From Hypanus sabinus (Eukaryota), in NCBI RefSeq assembly GCF_030144855.1, contig NC_082712.1, positions 141,918,001 to 141,982,000 of the forward strand: a DNA stretch of 64,000 bases, given 5' to 3'. This document shows, in pieces, positions 11,803-25,138 of the stretch (within the stretch, counting starts at the first letter, position 1; each line of letters opens with the position of its first letter). Position numbers and translations under genes: made by a program. The notes beneath the pieces were generated by a model, which saw only the letters and a list, made by a program, of their open reading frames with translations, had not been told where the DNA came from and did no database searches.

Positions 11803-13396
11803 CAGTGGCGTGCAGAAGTTTGGGCACCCCTGGTCAAAATTTCTGTTACTGTGAATAACTAAGCGAGTAAAAGATGAACTGATCTCCAAAAGTAATTAAG
11901 TTAAAGATGAAACATTCTTTTCAACATTTTAAGCAAGATTGGTGTATTATTTTTGTTTTGTACAATTTTAGAGTAAAAAAAAGGAAAGGAGCACCATGCA
12001 AAAGTTTGGACACCCAAAGAGATTTGAGCTCTCAGATAACTTTTACCAAGGTCTCAGATCTTAATTAGCTTGTTAGGGCTATGGCTTGTTCACAGTCATC
12101 GTTAGGAAAGGCCAGGTGATGCAAATTTCAAAGCTTTATAAATACCCTGACTCCTCAAACCTTGTCCCAACAATCATCAGCCATGGGCTCCTCTAAGCAG
12201 CTGCCTAGCACCCTGAAAATTAAAATAAATGATGCCCATAAAGCAGGAGAAGCCTATAACAAGATAGCAAAGCATTTTCAGGTAGCCGTTTCCTCAGTTC
12301 GTAATGTAATTAAGAAATGGCAGTTAACAGGAATGGTGGAGGTCAAGTTGAGGTCTGGAAGACCAAGAAAACTTTCTGAGAGAACTACTCGTAGGATTGC
12401 TAGAAAGGCAAATCAAAACTCCTGTTTGACTGCAAAAAACCTTCAGGAAGATTTAGCAGACTCTGGAGTGGTGGTGCACTATTCTACTGTGCAGTGACAC
12501 CTGCACAAATATGACCTTCATGGAAGAGTAATCAGAAGAAAACCTTTTCTGTGTCCTCACCACAAAACTCAGCGTCGGAAGTTTACAAAGGAACATCTAA
12601 ACAAGCCCAATGCATTTTGGAAACAAGTTCTGTGGACTGATGAAGTTAAAATAGAACTCTTTGGCCACAATGAGCAGAAATATGTTTGGAGAAAAAAAAG
12701 GTGAAGAATTTCATGAAAAGAACACCTCTCCAACTGTTAAGCACGGGGGTGGATCGATCATTTTTGGGCTTGTGTTGCAGCCAGTGGCATGGGGAACATT
12801 TCACTGGTAGAGTGAAGAATTAAATACCAGCAAATTCTGGAAGCAAACATCCCACCATCTGTAAAAAAAAGCTGAAGATGAAAAGAGGATGGCTTCTACA
12901 ACAGGATAATGATCCTAAACACACCTCAAAATCCACAATGGATTACCTCAAGAGGTGCAAGATGAAGGTTCTGCCTTGGCCCCTGACCTAAACAGCATCG
13001 AAAATCTGTGGATAGACCTCAAAAGAGTAGTGCATGCAAGATGGTCCAAGAATCTCACAAGAACTAGAAGCAAGGAAGAATGGATGAAAATCCTCCAAAC
13101 AAGAATTAAAAGACTCTTAGCTGGCTACAGAAAGTGTTTACAAGCTGTGATACTTGCCAAAGGGGGTGTTACTAAGTCCTGATCATGCAGGTTGCCCAAA
13201 CTTTTGCTCTGGGCCTTTTCCCTTTTTTGTTATTTTGAAACTGATGGAAATAAAAAAGTAATCTTACTTAAAATATTAAAGAAATGTGTCATCTTTAACT
13301 TTATGCCTTTTGGAAATCAGTTCATCTTTTACTCGCTTAGCTATTCACAGTAACAGAAATTTTGACCAGGGGTGTCCAAACTTCTGCACGCCACTG
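11803..13396 (+). mobile_element. Full-length Tc1-family DNA transposon (1594 bp) with long IR/DR-type TIRs
   Basis: TIRs CAGTGGCGTGCAGAAGTTTGG... / ...CCAAACTTCTGCACGCCACTG of about 200 bp with inner direct repeats (~11996-12015, ~13191-13207). TA TSD at 11801-11802 and 13397-13398. Confidence 0.96.
12183..13182 (+). pseudogene. Tc1 DDE transposase, inactivated
   Basis: Paired-like HTH with [19 protein letters not shown] and [10 protein letters not shown]. Stop at 12495 plus frameshifts. Confidence 0.93.
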
Positions 13397-16300
13397 TAAC
13401 TAGTTGAGTCCTGCTGTAATGATCTTCAGATGAGTGGACCCAGGTGCAGTGTAAAGTCTGGACTCAATGGTAGAAATTACTGATGAAGATTTAAGAGTCC
13501 TACTGCTACCCAGTGCCCCTCACTGGTCTGATCATGACAGTCTAACCAATCATAGAGTCTTTTGAGAAAGTTACCAGGAAAGTTAATGAAGATAAGGCAG
13601 TGGATGTTGTCTACTTAGACTTTGGCAAAGCCTTCTTCTAGGTCCCGCATGAGAGCTCGGTCAAGGAGGTTTAGTCACTTGGAATTCAAGATACTGGCTT
13701 CACAGGAGAAGCTGGAGAGTGGTAGTAGACAGTTGCTTCTCTGAGTGGAGGCCTGTGGCTAATGGTGTGCCACAGGAATCGGTGCTGGGTCTGTTGTTTT
13801 TAGCAACATAGAAAACCTACAGTACAATACAGGCCCTTCAGCCCACAATGCTGTGCTGGACATGTCCTTACCTTAGAACTATCTAAGGTTACCCATAGCC
13901 CTCTATTTTTCTAAGCTCCATGTAACTTAAAACTGAGGTGATTGAGATAAACCATTGGAACTTGTAAAAGTCTGGCTGCAGGGTTGGAAACAGCAGATAC
14001 TCATTAGAAGAACTATGTCAAATTGGATTCAATAAGGGTTGATGTGCCCTGAGACTTGTAGCTGGAACTATCACTGCATCTGATTTGCATAAATGATCTG
14101 AAACTGATCCAAAGCCATGGAAATTTCAGATACCATACCACAAAGAACAGTGTAATTACAATCAAGCAATTCAGCAACCAACAGGATGTTACACCACATA
14201 TGTAAGGGAGCAAAACAAAGGGATTTTCAGTGCAGGGTGGTGTAGACAACTTCACATGAAAGAAAGGAACAGATTACACATTAGGTCATGAATCAAGTGG
14301 ATAGAGAGAAGGCTTAAAGACCCTGGAATCAGGGGTATTTACAAGTCCAACTAAAGAAATGCAGTAAAATAACAAAGTTAGCACCATTGTACTCATGCTG
14401 GAATACACTGTGACATCTGATCTTCGAGAAGTAAGAGAGAATGTGCTATAAGTTTATTTAGCCTATGACAGAAGACTGGAAATTCATCCCTCTTCACTTG
14501 CTCTAAGTGTGGTCATGTCAGTACTTTACACTCTGTCTCTGTTTGAAGCAGAACAGTCCATATGTGGTTATTAAGTCTCAACTCGTGGAAGCCTAATAGG
14601 CTTCCAACAGCATGTCTTCTCAGCCTTTCAGTTCCACTGTTCCGAAATGTCTCTGATGATCAGAGGCTTACAGAAATACAAACTCAGTAAATTAATATAA
14701 TATAATATCGCGTTAGATGTTATGATCTTACTGTTTATTTATTAAGTCATTGAAGAATACTAAATGCAAAAATAAGCTCATTTATCAGGCATTAACTCTC
14801 TGCAAAGTGAACAAATGCTTCTTAAGTTGTTCACAAAATACAAACTAGAGGGATTTCCTCCTGAAATAAGTGATAGAAGCAACATAGTGTTATCAGACTT
14901 AAAAACAGTTAAGAGTGAAACTGATGATCACAAACTGCAAGAGTTAACCAAGTAGAGTAGACTTTATTTATTAGAATAGAGATCGTTTAGATTGAATACA
15001 TTTTTAAAATAAAATGACTGGTTGTTATTGTCAATAAATGACATTTGATAGATCTTCACATAATGTGCTTTAGCATCAAACAATATTCAATTAAGCTCAT
15101 TGTATTGACTAAGCAATACACTTTTGGGCAACTACAAATCAAGATGTGTTGTAAAAAGATCATTGATTCATATTCAAAACTTGAGTATGATAAAGGTAGA
15201 TTGAATGGAGAGCTGCCAAATCCCATGCATCTAAAAATGCTGCTTTGGCCAATAATCCTAACCTAACAATGCAAGTCATCACTATTAAATGAATAAGCTG
15301 TTTGCTGCCACATTTTATGGAGTTATCATTTCACTGTAAATTTTCTGTGACTAAAAGGATTTATATAAAGAGTAATGGAAACCTGGGACTGATTACAAGG
15401 CAGTAATCCAATTGAAGGGTTCAGATGACATCATGAACTGCAAGAATGAAGCTGCAGCAGTTTATAACAGTCATCTGAAGGCTAAATTACTGACTTAAAT
15501 CATTCCATAGTTTTTATGTACTTTATGCACTGTTAATGTAATTTAACAGTTTTCCTTGGTTTGAATTCATCCTAGTCCAATAGACAGCCTGTGAGGATTG
15601 ATTTTCAATCAATACAATGGCTTTCACTCCGAAGGAGAAAGAAGTTCCAACTAACTTCTAAGAAAGTTACTGAGCAATATCATTAAAAACTTTCACTTTC
15701 CACAGTGAATATGTAGTATCATGCAATGTTATGGTGATGAAGATGTCAAATAAAGATGGTGAGTGTGTTCTCAATGGAATGTAGAGTATCACAGGCTGAG
15801 ACAGTCTTACCTACTAACCTTTTAAATTGTGTCATGATTCCATTCTCTTCTCTAGAGTCAATCTCAAAATTATCATTTCACCTTTCAGACACAGGTAAAA
15901 ATTCTGCTATTCCATTACACAGTGAGGTAATTAGTTACTTCATGCAGTTAAGACAACAATTATATTTTGTAAACATCAGCTATGTTTTGTAACAGCACTC
16001 ACTTTTAGCTTGTAGAGCTTGGCAATGTCCTGGCTTTTCATGATGCCATAACACAGAGGCGTGTTGAAACTTCTTCTGCCGAAGAACAGTGAGCCTTTGG
16101 AATTCTTTGTCCCGGAGGGAGAGGGAGGTCAGATCAGAGGAATATTTAAAGTGGAGAGAGATAAATATTTCAAAGATTTTGGGGAAAAAAGAGCTTTGGG
16201 AAACTGGCATAGAAAAGGGGACATGATCTAGAGTAAATTAGCCGTGGTCATATTGAATTCAGGGCAGGCTTGGGGGATCACATGTTCTACTTCTTCTTCT

Positions 16301-19300
16301 ATGACGTTCTTACATTCATTTGTCAAAGGTCATGAAAAACTGACCTAAAGTACAAAACTGAAATCTGATTGACATTCTGCAGGGACAAAAGTTATTGAGA
16401 CAAACTCAGAGTGACAAGAAGAACGATATTTGGGATTACTATTGAGAAGGAGACACATTATAAATGTCCCTTGTTTGACATTTGATAGCATTCTAGCAAG
16501 TTACAGAAAAATATTATTGAATACAAAAACAATGGAAACAATACAGAGAAGAGGCCGAATGTAGAAAATACAGAAGTTGCAAATCATCACCTGAAATTTC
16601 AGTATCTATCAAGATATGATAAAATCTATTTAGGTCATGATGAAAGTCAAAGTTGTGCATCCAAATGTAAGTGTAAAAATAGTCTTTTATCAAGGCCATA
16701 GAACTAAAAGCGTTCCAAAATAGAGGCAAACGCAATGGATATTAATTGAAATTGTTCTGTTTTTCCATTACCGATGATACAGAAATAATACATTAAATAA
16801 GATGAAAAATTATCGTAGGCATTAATAATTTTTAAAATTACTGAACAATGGGATATTCAAACACATATGTTAAACTGCTGACTTCCCCCCCAGGTAAGAG
16901 AAAGTTTGGAAATTTAGTTGGTTTTCTTTATTATATTTGGTGAGTCTATAAAGCATTGCTTTGTGTAAGTTTCCCTTCACCACCTGCTCTGTTTTAGACC
17001 ATAAAATATAGGAGCAGATTTAGGCCATCTATCCCATTGATTCTGCTGCCATTTCATCATGGCTAATCCACTTTTCCTCTCAGTTCCAATTTCCTGCCTT
17101 CCCCTCCTCCCCGTATCCCTTCATTCCCTTACCAGTCAACAATCTATGAACCTCTGCCTTAAATATACATAAATACCTTGCCTCCACCGCTGCCTGTGGC
17201 AAAGAAGTCCAAATAATTCTTGCTGAAAAAATTCGTCCTCCTCATCTCCATTCTAAAAGGATGTCCCTCTATTCTAAGGGTGTCCTCTAGTTGTAGACAC
17301 TCCCACCACAGGAAACATCCTCTCCACATCCACTTTATCAAGGCCTTTCACGATTCGATGTGTTTCAATTAGGTCACCCTTCACTCTTCTGAATTCCAGT
17401 GAATAGAGGCCCAGAACCATCCAATGCTCTTGATACGATAAGCCATTTAATCCTGGAATAATTTTTGTAAACCTCCTTTGAGCCCTTTCTGTTTTCAGCA
17501 GATCATTTCTAAGATAAGGGGCCCAAAAGAACTCACATTACTTCAAGTGAAGCCTCACCAGTGCTTTTTAAATTTCAAAATTACATCCTTGCTTTTATAT
17601 TCTAATCCTCTTGAAATGAATGTTAACATTACATTTGCTTTCCTCACCACAGATTCAACTGGCAAATTAACATTTAGGGAACCTTTAGGTCACAGTTTTT
17701 TTGTATCTTCTCTCCATTTAGAAAATAGTCAACCCTTTCATTTCTTCTACCAGAGCACTGACCAGACACTTCCAGACACCGTATTCCATCTGCCACTTCT
17801 TTACCCATTCTCCCAATCTGTTTAAGTCCTTCTGTAGCCTCCCTACTTCCTCAGAACTACCTGACCCTACGCCTGTCTTTGTATCATCTGCAAACTTTGT
17901 AACAAAGCCATCAATTCCATCATCCAAATCACTGACATATAATGTAAAAAGAATCGGTCCCTGCACAGACACCCGTGGAACCCCACCAGTTACTGGCAGC
18001 CAACCAAAAAAGGCTTTCTTTATTCCCACTCTTTGCCTCCTGTTAATCAGCTGCTGCTTTATCCATGCTAGAATCTTTCCGGTAATACCATGGGCTTGTA
18101 GCTTGTTTTGCAGCCTCACGTGTGGCACTTTGTCAAAGGCCTTCTGAAAATCCAAGTACACAACATCAACTGATTCTCCTTTTTCAATTGTGCTTGTTTT
18201 TTCTTCAGAGTTCCAACAGATTCATCAGGCAAGATTTTCCCTTGAGGAAACCATGCTGACAACAGCCTATTTTATCATGTGCCTCCTGATTCTTATTAAT
18301 CAACTCCAACATCTTCTCAACCACTGAGGTCAGACTAACTGGCCTATAGTATCCATTCCCTCTCTCTTCTTGAAGAGTAGAGTGATATTTGCAATTTTCC
18401 AGTGTTCTGGAACCATTTCAGATTCTAGTGATCCTTGAAAGATCATTACTAGGTCCTCCACAATCTCTTCAGCCACATATTTCAAAATTCTGGGGTGTAC
18501 ACCATCTGGTCCAGGTGACTTATTTACTTTCAGACCTTTCAGTTTCCCAAGAACCTTCTCTCTAGTAATGGCAACTTAACAAACTTCATAACCACTGACA
18601 TCTGGAATTTCCACCAAATTGCTACTGTCCTCCACACTGAAGACTGATGCAAAAGTATTTATTTAGTTCATCCGCTATTTCCTTGTCTCCCAGTACTACC
18701 TCTGCAGCATCATTTTCCAGTTATCCAATATCCACTCTCACCTCTCTCTTACACGTTATGTATCTGAAGAAACTTTTGGTATCATCTTTAATAGTATTGG
18801 CTAACTTACATTTGTATTCCATCTTTATCGCCTTAATGACTTTTTTAGTTGCCATCTGTTAGTTTTTAAAAGCTCTCCAATCTTGTAACTTCCCAGTAAT
18901 TTGTGCTATATTAAATGCCCCCTCTTTGTCTTTGACTTCTCTTGTTAACCATGGTTCTGTCATTTGCCTTTAGAACACTTCTTCTTTGGGATAGAGAAAT
19001 CATGTGCCTTTGGAATTGATTCCAGAAATTTCAGCCATTGCTGTTCTGCTGTTATCCCTGCCAGTGTTCTTTATGAATGATTTATGCCCAGATCCTCTCT
19101 CATACCTCTGTAATTTCCTTTACTCCACAGTAATACTGATACATCAGATTTTAACTTGTCCTTCTCAAAGTTTCAGGGTGAAGTTGATCATATCATGATC
19201 ATTTACCCCATGGGATTATTTTACCTTAAGCTCTCTAATCAATTCTGGTTCATTGCACAACACTCAATCCAGAATAACTGATCCCCTAGTAGGCTCAACC

Positions 19301-19549
19301 ATAACCTGCTCTAAAAAGCCACATCGTAGGCATTCTAGAAATTCCCCCTCTTGGAATCCAGCACCAACCCGATTTTGCCAATCCACCTGCATATTGAAAT
19401 CCCTCATGACTATTGTAACACTGCCTTTTGACTTGCATTTTCTATCTCCCATTCTAACCTGTAGCCCATATGCTTACTATTGTCTGGAGATCTGTATATA
19501 ATTACCATCAGGGTCTTTTTACCCTTGCACTTCTTTAGTTCTATCCATA

Positions 19550-22500
19550 GAAACCTAGAAACATAGAAAACCTACAGCACAATACAGGCCCTTCAGGCCA
19601 CAAAGGTGTGCTGAAAATGTCAGCTTAGAAATTACCTAAGTTTACCCATAGCCCTCTATTTTTCTAAGCTCCATGTACCTATCCAGGAGCCTCTTAAAAG
19701 ACTGCATCATTTCTGCCTCCACCAACGTCGCCAACAGCCCATTCCACACGCTCACCACTCTCTGGGTAAAAAAACTTACCTCTGACATCTCCTCTGTACC
19801 TACTTCCAAGCACCTTAAAACTCTCATTCTAGCCACTTCAGCCCTGGGAAAAAGCCTATGACTATCCACATGATCAATGCCTCTTATCACCTTGTGTATC
19901 TCTATCAGGTCACCTCTCATCCTCCGTCGCTCCAAGGAGAAAAGGTCAAGTTCACTCAAGCTATTCTCATAAGGCATGCTTCCCCCAAACCAGGCAACAT
20001 CCTTGTTCATCTCCTCTTTCCACATTTCCACATCCTTCCAGTAGTGAGGCGACCAGAACTGGGCTCAGTATTCCAAGTGGGATCTGACCAGGGTCCTATA
20101 TAGCTACAACATTACCTCTTGGCTCTTAAACTCAATCCCACAATTGATAAAGGCCAATACACTATATGCCTTCTTAACCACAGAGTCAACCTCTGCAGCA
20201 GTTTCAAATGTCCTATGGACTCAGACCCCAAGATCCCTCTGATCCTCCACATTGCCATGAGTCTTACCATTAATACAATATTCTGCCATCATATTTGACC
20301 TACCAAAATGAACCACCCCACAATTATCTGGGTTGAAATCCATCTGCCACTTCTCAGCCCAGTTTTTCATTCTATCAATGGCCCACTGTAACCTCTGACA
20401 GCCCTCTACACTATCTACAATACCTCCGACCTTTGTGTCAACAGCAAATTTACTAACCCATCTCTCCACTTCCTCACACAGGTCATTTATAAAAATTATG
20501 AAGAGTAGGGGTCCCAGAACAGATCCCTGAGGCCTGAGATCACTGGTCACTGACCTCCATGCAAAATATAAGCCGTCTAAAACCACACTTTGCCTTCCGT
20601 GGGCAAGCCAGTTCTGGATCCACAAAGCTATATCCACTTGGAGCCCATGCCTCCTTACTTTCTCAGTAAGCCTTGCATGGGGTACCTTATAAAATGCCTT
20701 GCTGAAATCCATATACATTATATCTACTGCTCTACCTCCATCAATGTGTTTAGTCACATCTCCAAAAGTTCAATCGGGCTCATAAGGAATAACCTGCCTT
20801 TGACAAAGCCATGCTGTTATTCCTGATCATATTATGCCTCTCCAGATGTTCATAAATCCTGCCTCTCAGGATCTTCTCCATCAACTTACCAACCACTGGT
20901 CTATAATTTCCTGGGCTATCTCTACGCCCTTTCTTGAATAAGGGAACAACATCCGTAACCCTTCAATCCTCCAGAGCCTCTCCTGCCCCATTGATGATGC
21001 AAAGATCATCGCCAGAGGCACAGTAATTTTCACCCTCACCTCCTACAGTAGCCTGGGGTTCATCTCATCCAGATCCGGAGACTTATCCAACTTGATGCTT
21101 TCCAAAAGCTCCTGCACATCCTTTTCCTTAATAGCTACATGCTCAAGCTTTTCAGTCCACTGTAAGTCATCCCTACAATTGCCAAGGTCCATTTACGTAG
21201 TGAATACTGAAGCAAAGTACTCATTAAGTGCCCCTGCTATTTCCTCTGGTTCCATATATGATATTCAGGCCCTTGTGAGGGGGGGGGGGACATAGAATCA
21301 AGAGATATAGAGTCAGTATGGATAGAACTGAGAAATTCTAAGGGTAGAAAGACCCTAATGGGAGTTATCTATAGGCCCCCAAACAGCAGTCTGGATGTAG
21401 GGTGTAAGTTGAATGAAGAGTTAAAATTGGCATGTCATGGCATAAAATTGTAAAATGTAAAATTGTAAAATGTAAAATTGGCATACAGTTGTCATGGGGG
21501 ATTTCAACATGCAGGTAGACTGGGAGAATCAGAATGGTACTGGACCCCAAGAAAGGGAGTTTGTGGAGTGCCACCCAAGATTCTTAGAACAGCTTGTACT
21601 GGAGCCTACCACGGAGAAGGCAATTCTAGATTTAGTGTTGTGCAATGAACCGGATTTGATCAGGGACCTCGAGGTAAAGGAACCATTAGGAGGTAGTGAC
21701 CATAATATGATATGTTTTAATCTACAATTTAAGAAGGAGAAGGGAAAATCGGATGTGTCAGTGTTACAGTTGAACAAAGGGAACTATGGAGCTATGAGGG
21801 AGAAGTGGGCCAAAGTTCAATGGAACAATACCCTAGCAGGGAAGACAGTGGAACAACAATGGCAGGTATTTCTGGGAAAAATGCAGAAGGTGCAGGATCG
21901 GTTCATTCCAAAGAGGAAGAAAGATCCTAAGGGGTGTAAGGGGTGGCCGAAGCTGACGAGGGAAGTAAAGGGCAGTATAAAAATAAAAGAGAAGTATAAC
22001 TTAGCAAAGATGAGTGGGAAACCAAAGGACTGGGAAGCTTTTAAAGAGCAACAGAAGATAACAAAAAAGGTAATACGCCAAGAGAAAATGAGGTACGAGG
22101 ATAAACTAGCCAAGAATATAAAGGAGGATAGTAAAAGCTTCTTTAGGTATATGAATAGCAAAAAAATAGTTAAGACCAAAATTTGGCCATTGAAGACAGA
22201 AACGGGTGAATTTATTATGGGGAACAAGGAAATGGCAGATGAGTTGAACAGGTACTTAGGATTTGTCTTCACTAGGGAAACATTCTCCCAGATGTAATAG
22301 TGGCCAAAGGAACTAGGGTAAAGGATGAACTGAAGGAAATTTATATTAGGCAAGAAACGGTGTTGGATAGACTGTTGAGTCTGAAGGCTGAGAAGTCCCC
22401 GGGACCTGATGGTCTGCATCCCAGGGTACTTTAAGAGGTGGCTCTAGAAATCGTGGACGCATTGGTAATCATTTTCCAATGTTCTATAGATTCAGGAACA

Positions 22501-24550
22501 GTTCCTGCTGATTGGAGGGTGGCTAATGTTGTCCCACTTTTCAAGAAAGGAGGGAGAGAGAAAACAGGGAATTATAGACCGGTTAGCCTGACGTCAGTGG
22601 TGGGAAAGATGCTGGAGTCAATTATAAAAGAGGAAATTATGACACATTTGGATAGCAGTAGAAGATCAGTCCGAGTCAGAATAGATTTATGAAGGAAAAA
22701 ACATGCTCGACTAATCTTCTGGAGTTTTTTGAGGATGTAACTATGAAAATGGACAAGGGAGAGCCAGTGGATGTAGTGTACCTGGACTTCCAGAAAGCTT
22801 TTGATAAAGTCCCACATAGGAGATTAGTGGGCAAAATTAGGGCACATGGTATTGGGGGCAAAGTACTGACATGGATTGAAAATTGGCTGGCTGACAGGAA
22901 ACAAAGAGTAGTGATTAACGGGTCCCTTTCAGAATGGCAGGCTGTGACCAGTGGGGTACCGCAAGGTTCGCTGCTGGGATCGCAGCTGTTTACAATACAT
23001 ATTAATGATTTAGATGAAGGGATTAAAAGTAACATTAGCAAATTTGCCGATGACACAAAACTGGGTGGCAGTGTGAAATGTCAGGAGAATGTTATGAGAA
23101 TGCAGGGTGACTTGGACAGGTTGGGTGAGTGGGTGAATATATGGCAGATGCAGTTTAATGTGGATAAATGTGTGGTTATCCACTTTGGTGGCAAGAACAG
23201 GAAGGCAGATTACTATCTAAATGGAGTCAAGTTAGGAAAAGGGGAAGTACAATGAGATCTAGGTGTTCTTGTACATCAGTCAATGAAAGCAAGCATGCAG
23301 GTACAGTAGGCAGTGAAGAAACCTAATGGCATGTTGACCCTTATAACAAGAGGAATTGAGTATAGGAGTAAAGAGGTCCTTTTGCAGTTGTACAGGGCCC
23401 TGGTAAGACCACACCTGGAGTATTGTGTGCAGTTTTGGTCTCCAAATTTGAGGAAGGACATTCTTGCTATTGAGGGAGTGCAGCGCAGGTTCACAAGGTT
23501 GATTCCCGGAATGGTGGGACTGTCATATGTTGAAAGATTGGAGCGACTGGGCTTGTATACACTGGAATTTAGAAAGATGAGAGGGGATTTGATTGAAACA
23601 TATAAGATTATTGAGGGATTGGACACGCTGGAGGAAGGAAGCATGTTCCCGCTGATGTGTGAGTCCAGGACTAGAGGCTACAGTTTAAGAATAAAGGGTA
23701 GGCCATTTAGAACAGAGATGTGGAAAAACTTATTCACCCAGAGAGTGGTGGATATGTGGAATGCTGTGCCCCAGAAAGCAGTGGAGTCCCAAGTCTCTGG
23801 ATGCATTCAAGAGAGAGTTAGATAGAGCTCAGATAGATAGCAGGGTCAAGGGATATGGAGAGAGGGCTGGAACGGGGTACTGATTGTGTATGATCAGCCA
23901 TGATCACAATGAATGGCGGTTCTGGCTAGAAGGGCTGAATGGCCTACTCCTGCACCTACTGTCTATTGTCTATTGTCTCTCACATCTTATCCACTTCCTC
24001 TTCACATACTTGAAGAATGCCTTGGGGTGTTCCTTAATCCTTTCCACCAAGGCCTTCTTATGGCCCCTTCTGGCTCTCCTAATTTCATTTTAAAGCTCCT
24101 TCCTGCTAGCCTTATAATCTTCTGGATCTCTATCATTACCTAGTTTTTTGAACCTTTCGTAAGCTCTTCTTTTCTTCTTGACTAGATTTACAACAGCCTC
24201 TGTTCCTGTATCCTACCATCCTTTCTCTGTCTCATTGGAACATACCTATGCAGAACCCCACGCAAATATCCCCTGAACATTTGCCACATTTCTTCCATAA
24301 GTTTCCCTGAGAATATCTGTTTCCAATTTATGTTTCCAAGTTCCTTCCTGATAGCCTCATATTTCCCCTTAGTCCAATTAAACGCCTTCCTACTTGTCTG
24401 TTCCTATCCCTCTCCAATGCAATGGTAATTGCTATGAATTGTGATCACTATCTCCAAAATGCTCTCCCACTGAGAGATCTGCGACCTGACCAGGTTAATT
24501 TCCCAATACCAGATCAAATACAGCCACTCCTCTTGTAGGCTTATCTACAT
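19550..24550 (-). mobile_element. CR1 LINE (element B) nested in element A
   Basis: 8-bp TSD tatccata (19542-19549 / 24551-24558); (aacatag)n-type tail at the left end; RT YMDFSKAF and PQGSVLGP. Confidence 0.88.
21260..23976 (+). mobile_element. Young 5'-truncated CR1 LINE (element C) nested in element B
   Basis: ORF2 pieces 21494-22297, 22438-22692, 22689-23255 and 23313-23825 (GDFN, SDHN, FADD); (ctattgt)n tail. Confidence 0.92.
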
Positions 24551-25138
24551 TATCCATAACGATTCAACACCTTATGACCCTATATCACCTCTTTCTAATA
24601 ATTTAATTTCATTTTTTACAAAGAGTCATGCTACACCCTCTGCCTTCCTGCCTGTCCTTTTGATACAATGTGTATCCTTGGACATTAAGCTCGCAGCTAT
24701 AATCTTCTTTCAGCCATGATTCAGTGATGCCAACAACATCATACCTGCCAATCTGTAACTGTGCTACAAGTTCATCAACCTTATTCTGTACACTGCGTGC
24801 ATTTAAATACCCATTTTGACTTTGTCCGCTTTTTACATTGCGACTCATCCTGGTGACTGCAATTTTGCCCTGTCAACAGCCTCTCCTTGCTAGGTGTCTT
24901 ACTATACATTGCCTCTGTTTGTAAGCCAACTAACCCACCTTCAGCCCTATCACTCCGGTTTCCATCTCCCTGCCAAATTATCAACACTCCCGAACAACTC
25001 TAGCCAACCTGCTTGCAAGGATATTGGATCCCCTTGGGTTCAGGTGTAACCCGTCCCTTTTGTACGGGTCGTACCTTCTGAGAAGAGTTCCCAATGATCC
25101 ATAAATCTGAACCCCTCCCCCCTGCACCAGTTCCTCAG

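Larger units (their letters stand above)
8432..13539 (-). mobile_element. Non-autonomous Gypsy (Tf1/sushi-like) LTR element carrying a USP35 mRNA fragment; 5' LTR 13415-13539, partial 3' LTR from 8432
   Basis: ~78-bp direct repeat tgtaatgatcttcagatgagt...gaagattta at 8432 and 13415. Termini TGTAATGATC...GATCATGACA. 5-bp TSD gccta (8427-8431) / gtcta (13540-13544). Minus-strand gag-pro. Confidence 0.88.
1..13800 (+). mobile_element. CR1-clade LINE ORF2 relic in four pieces (1-265, 7540-7586, 7843-8431, 13540-13800), interrupted by three LTR insertions
   Basis: The CR1 sequence reads through when the inserts are removed (gaggag|tataagaaa; aaggcat|gtggtt; gtgccta|accaat). CR1 RT motifs: ANVVPLFKK, GNYRPVSLTS, SQHGF, AVDVVYLDFGKAF, GVPQESVLG. 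Confidence 0.85.

Noticed and set aside
14586-14606. Perfect 10-bp-arm palindrome tggaagccta-a-taggcttcca
   Set aside because: Single short occurrence inside a putative exon, with no TSD or family; compatible with chance in 64 kb.
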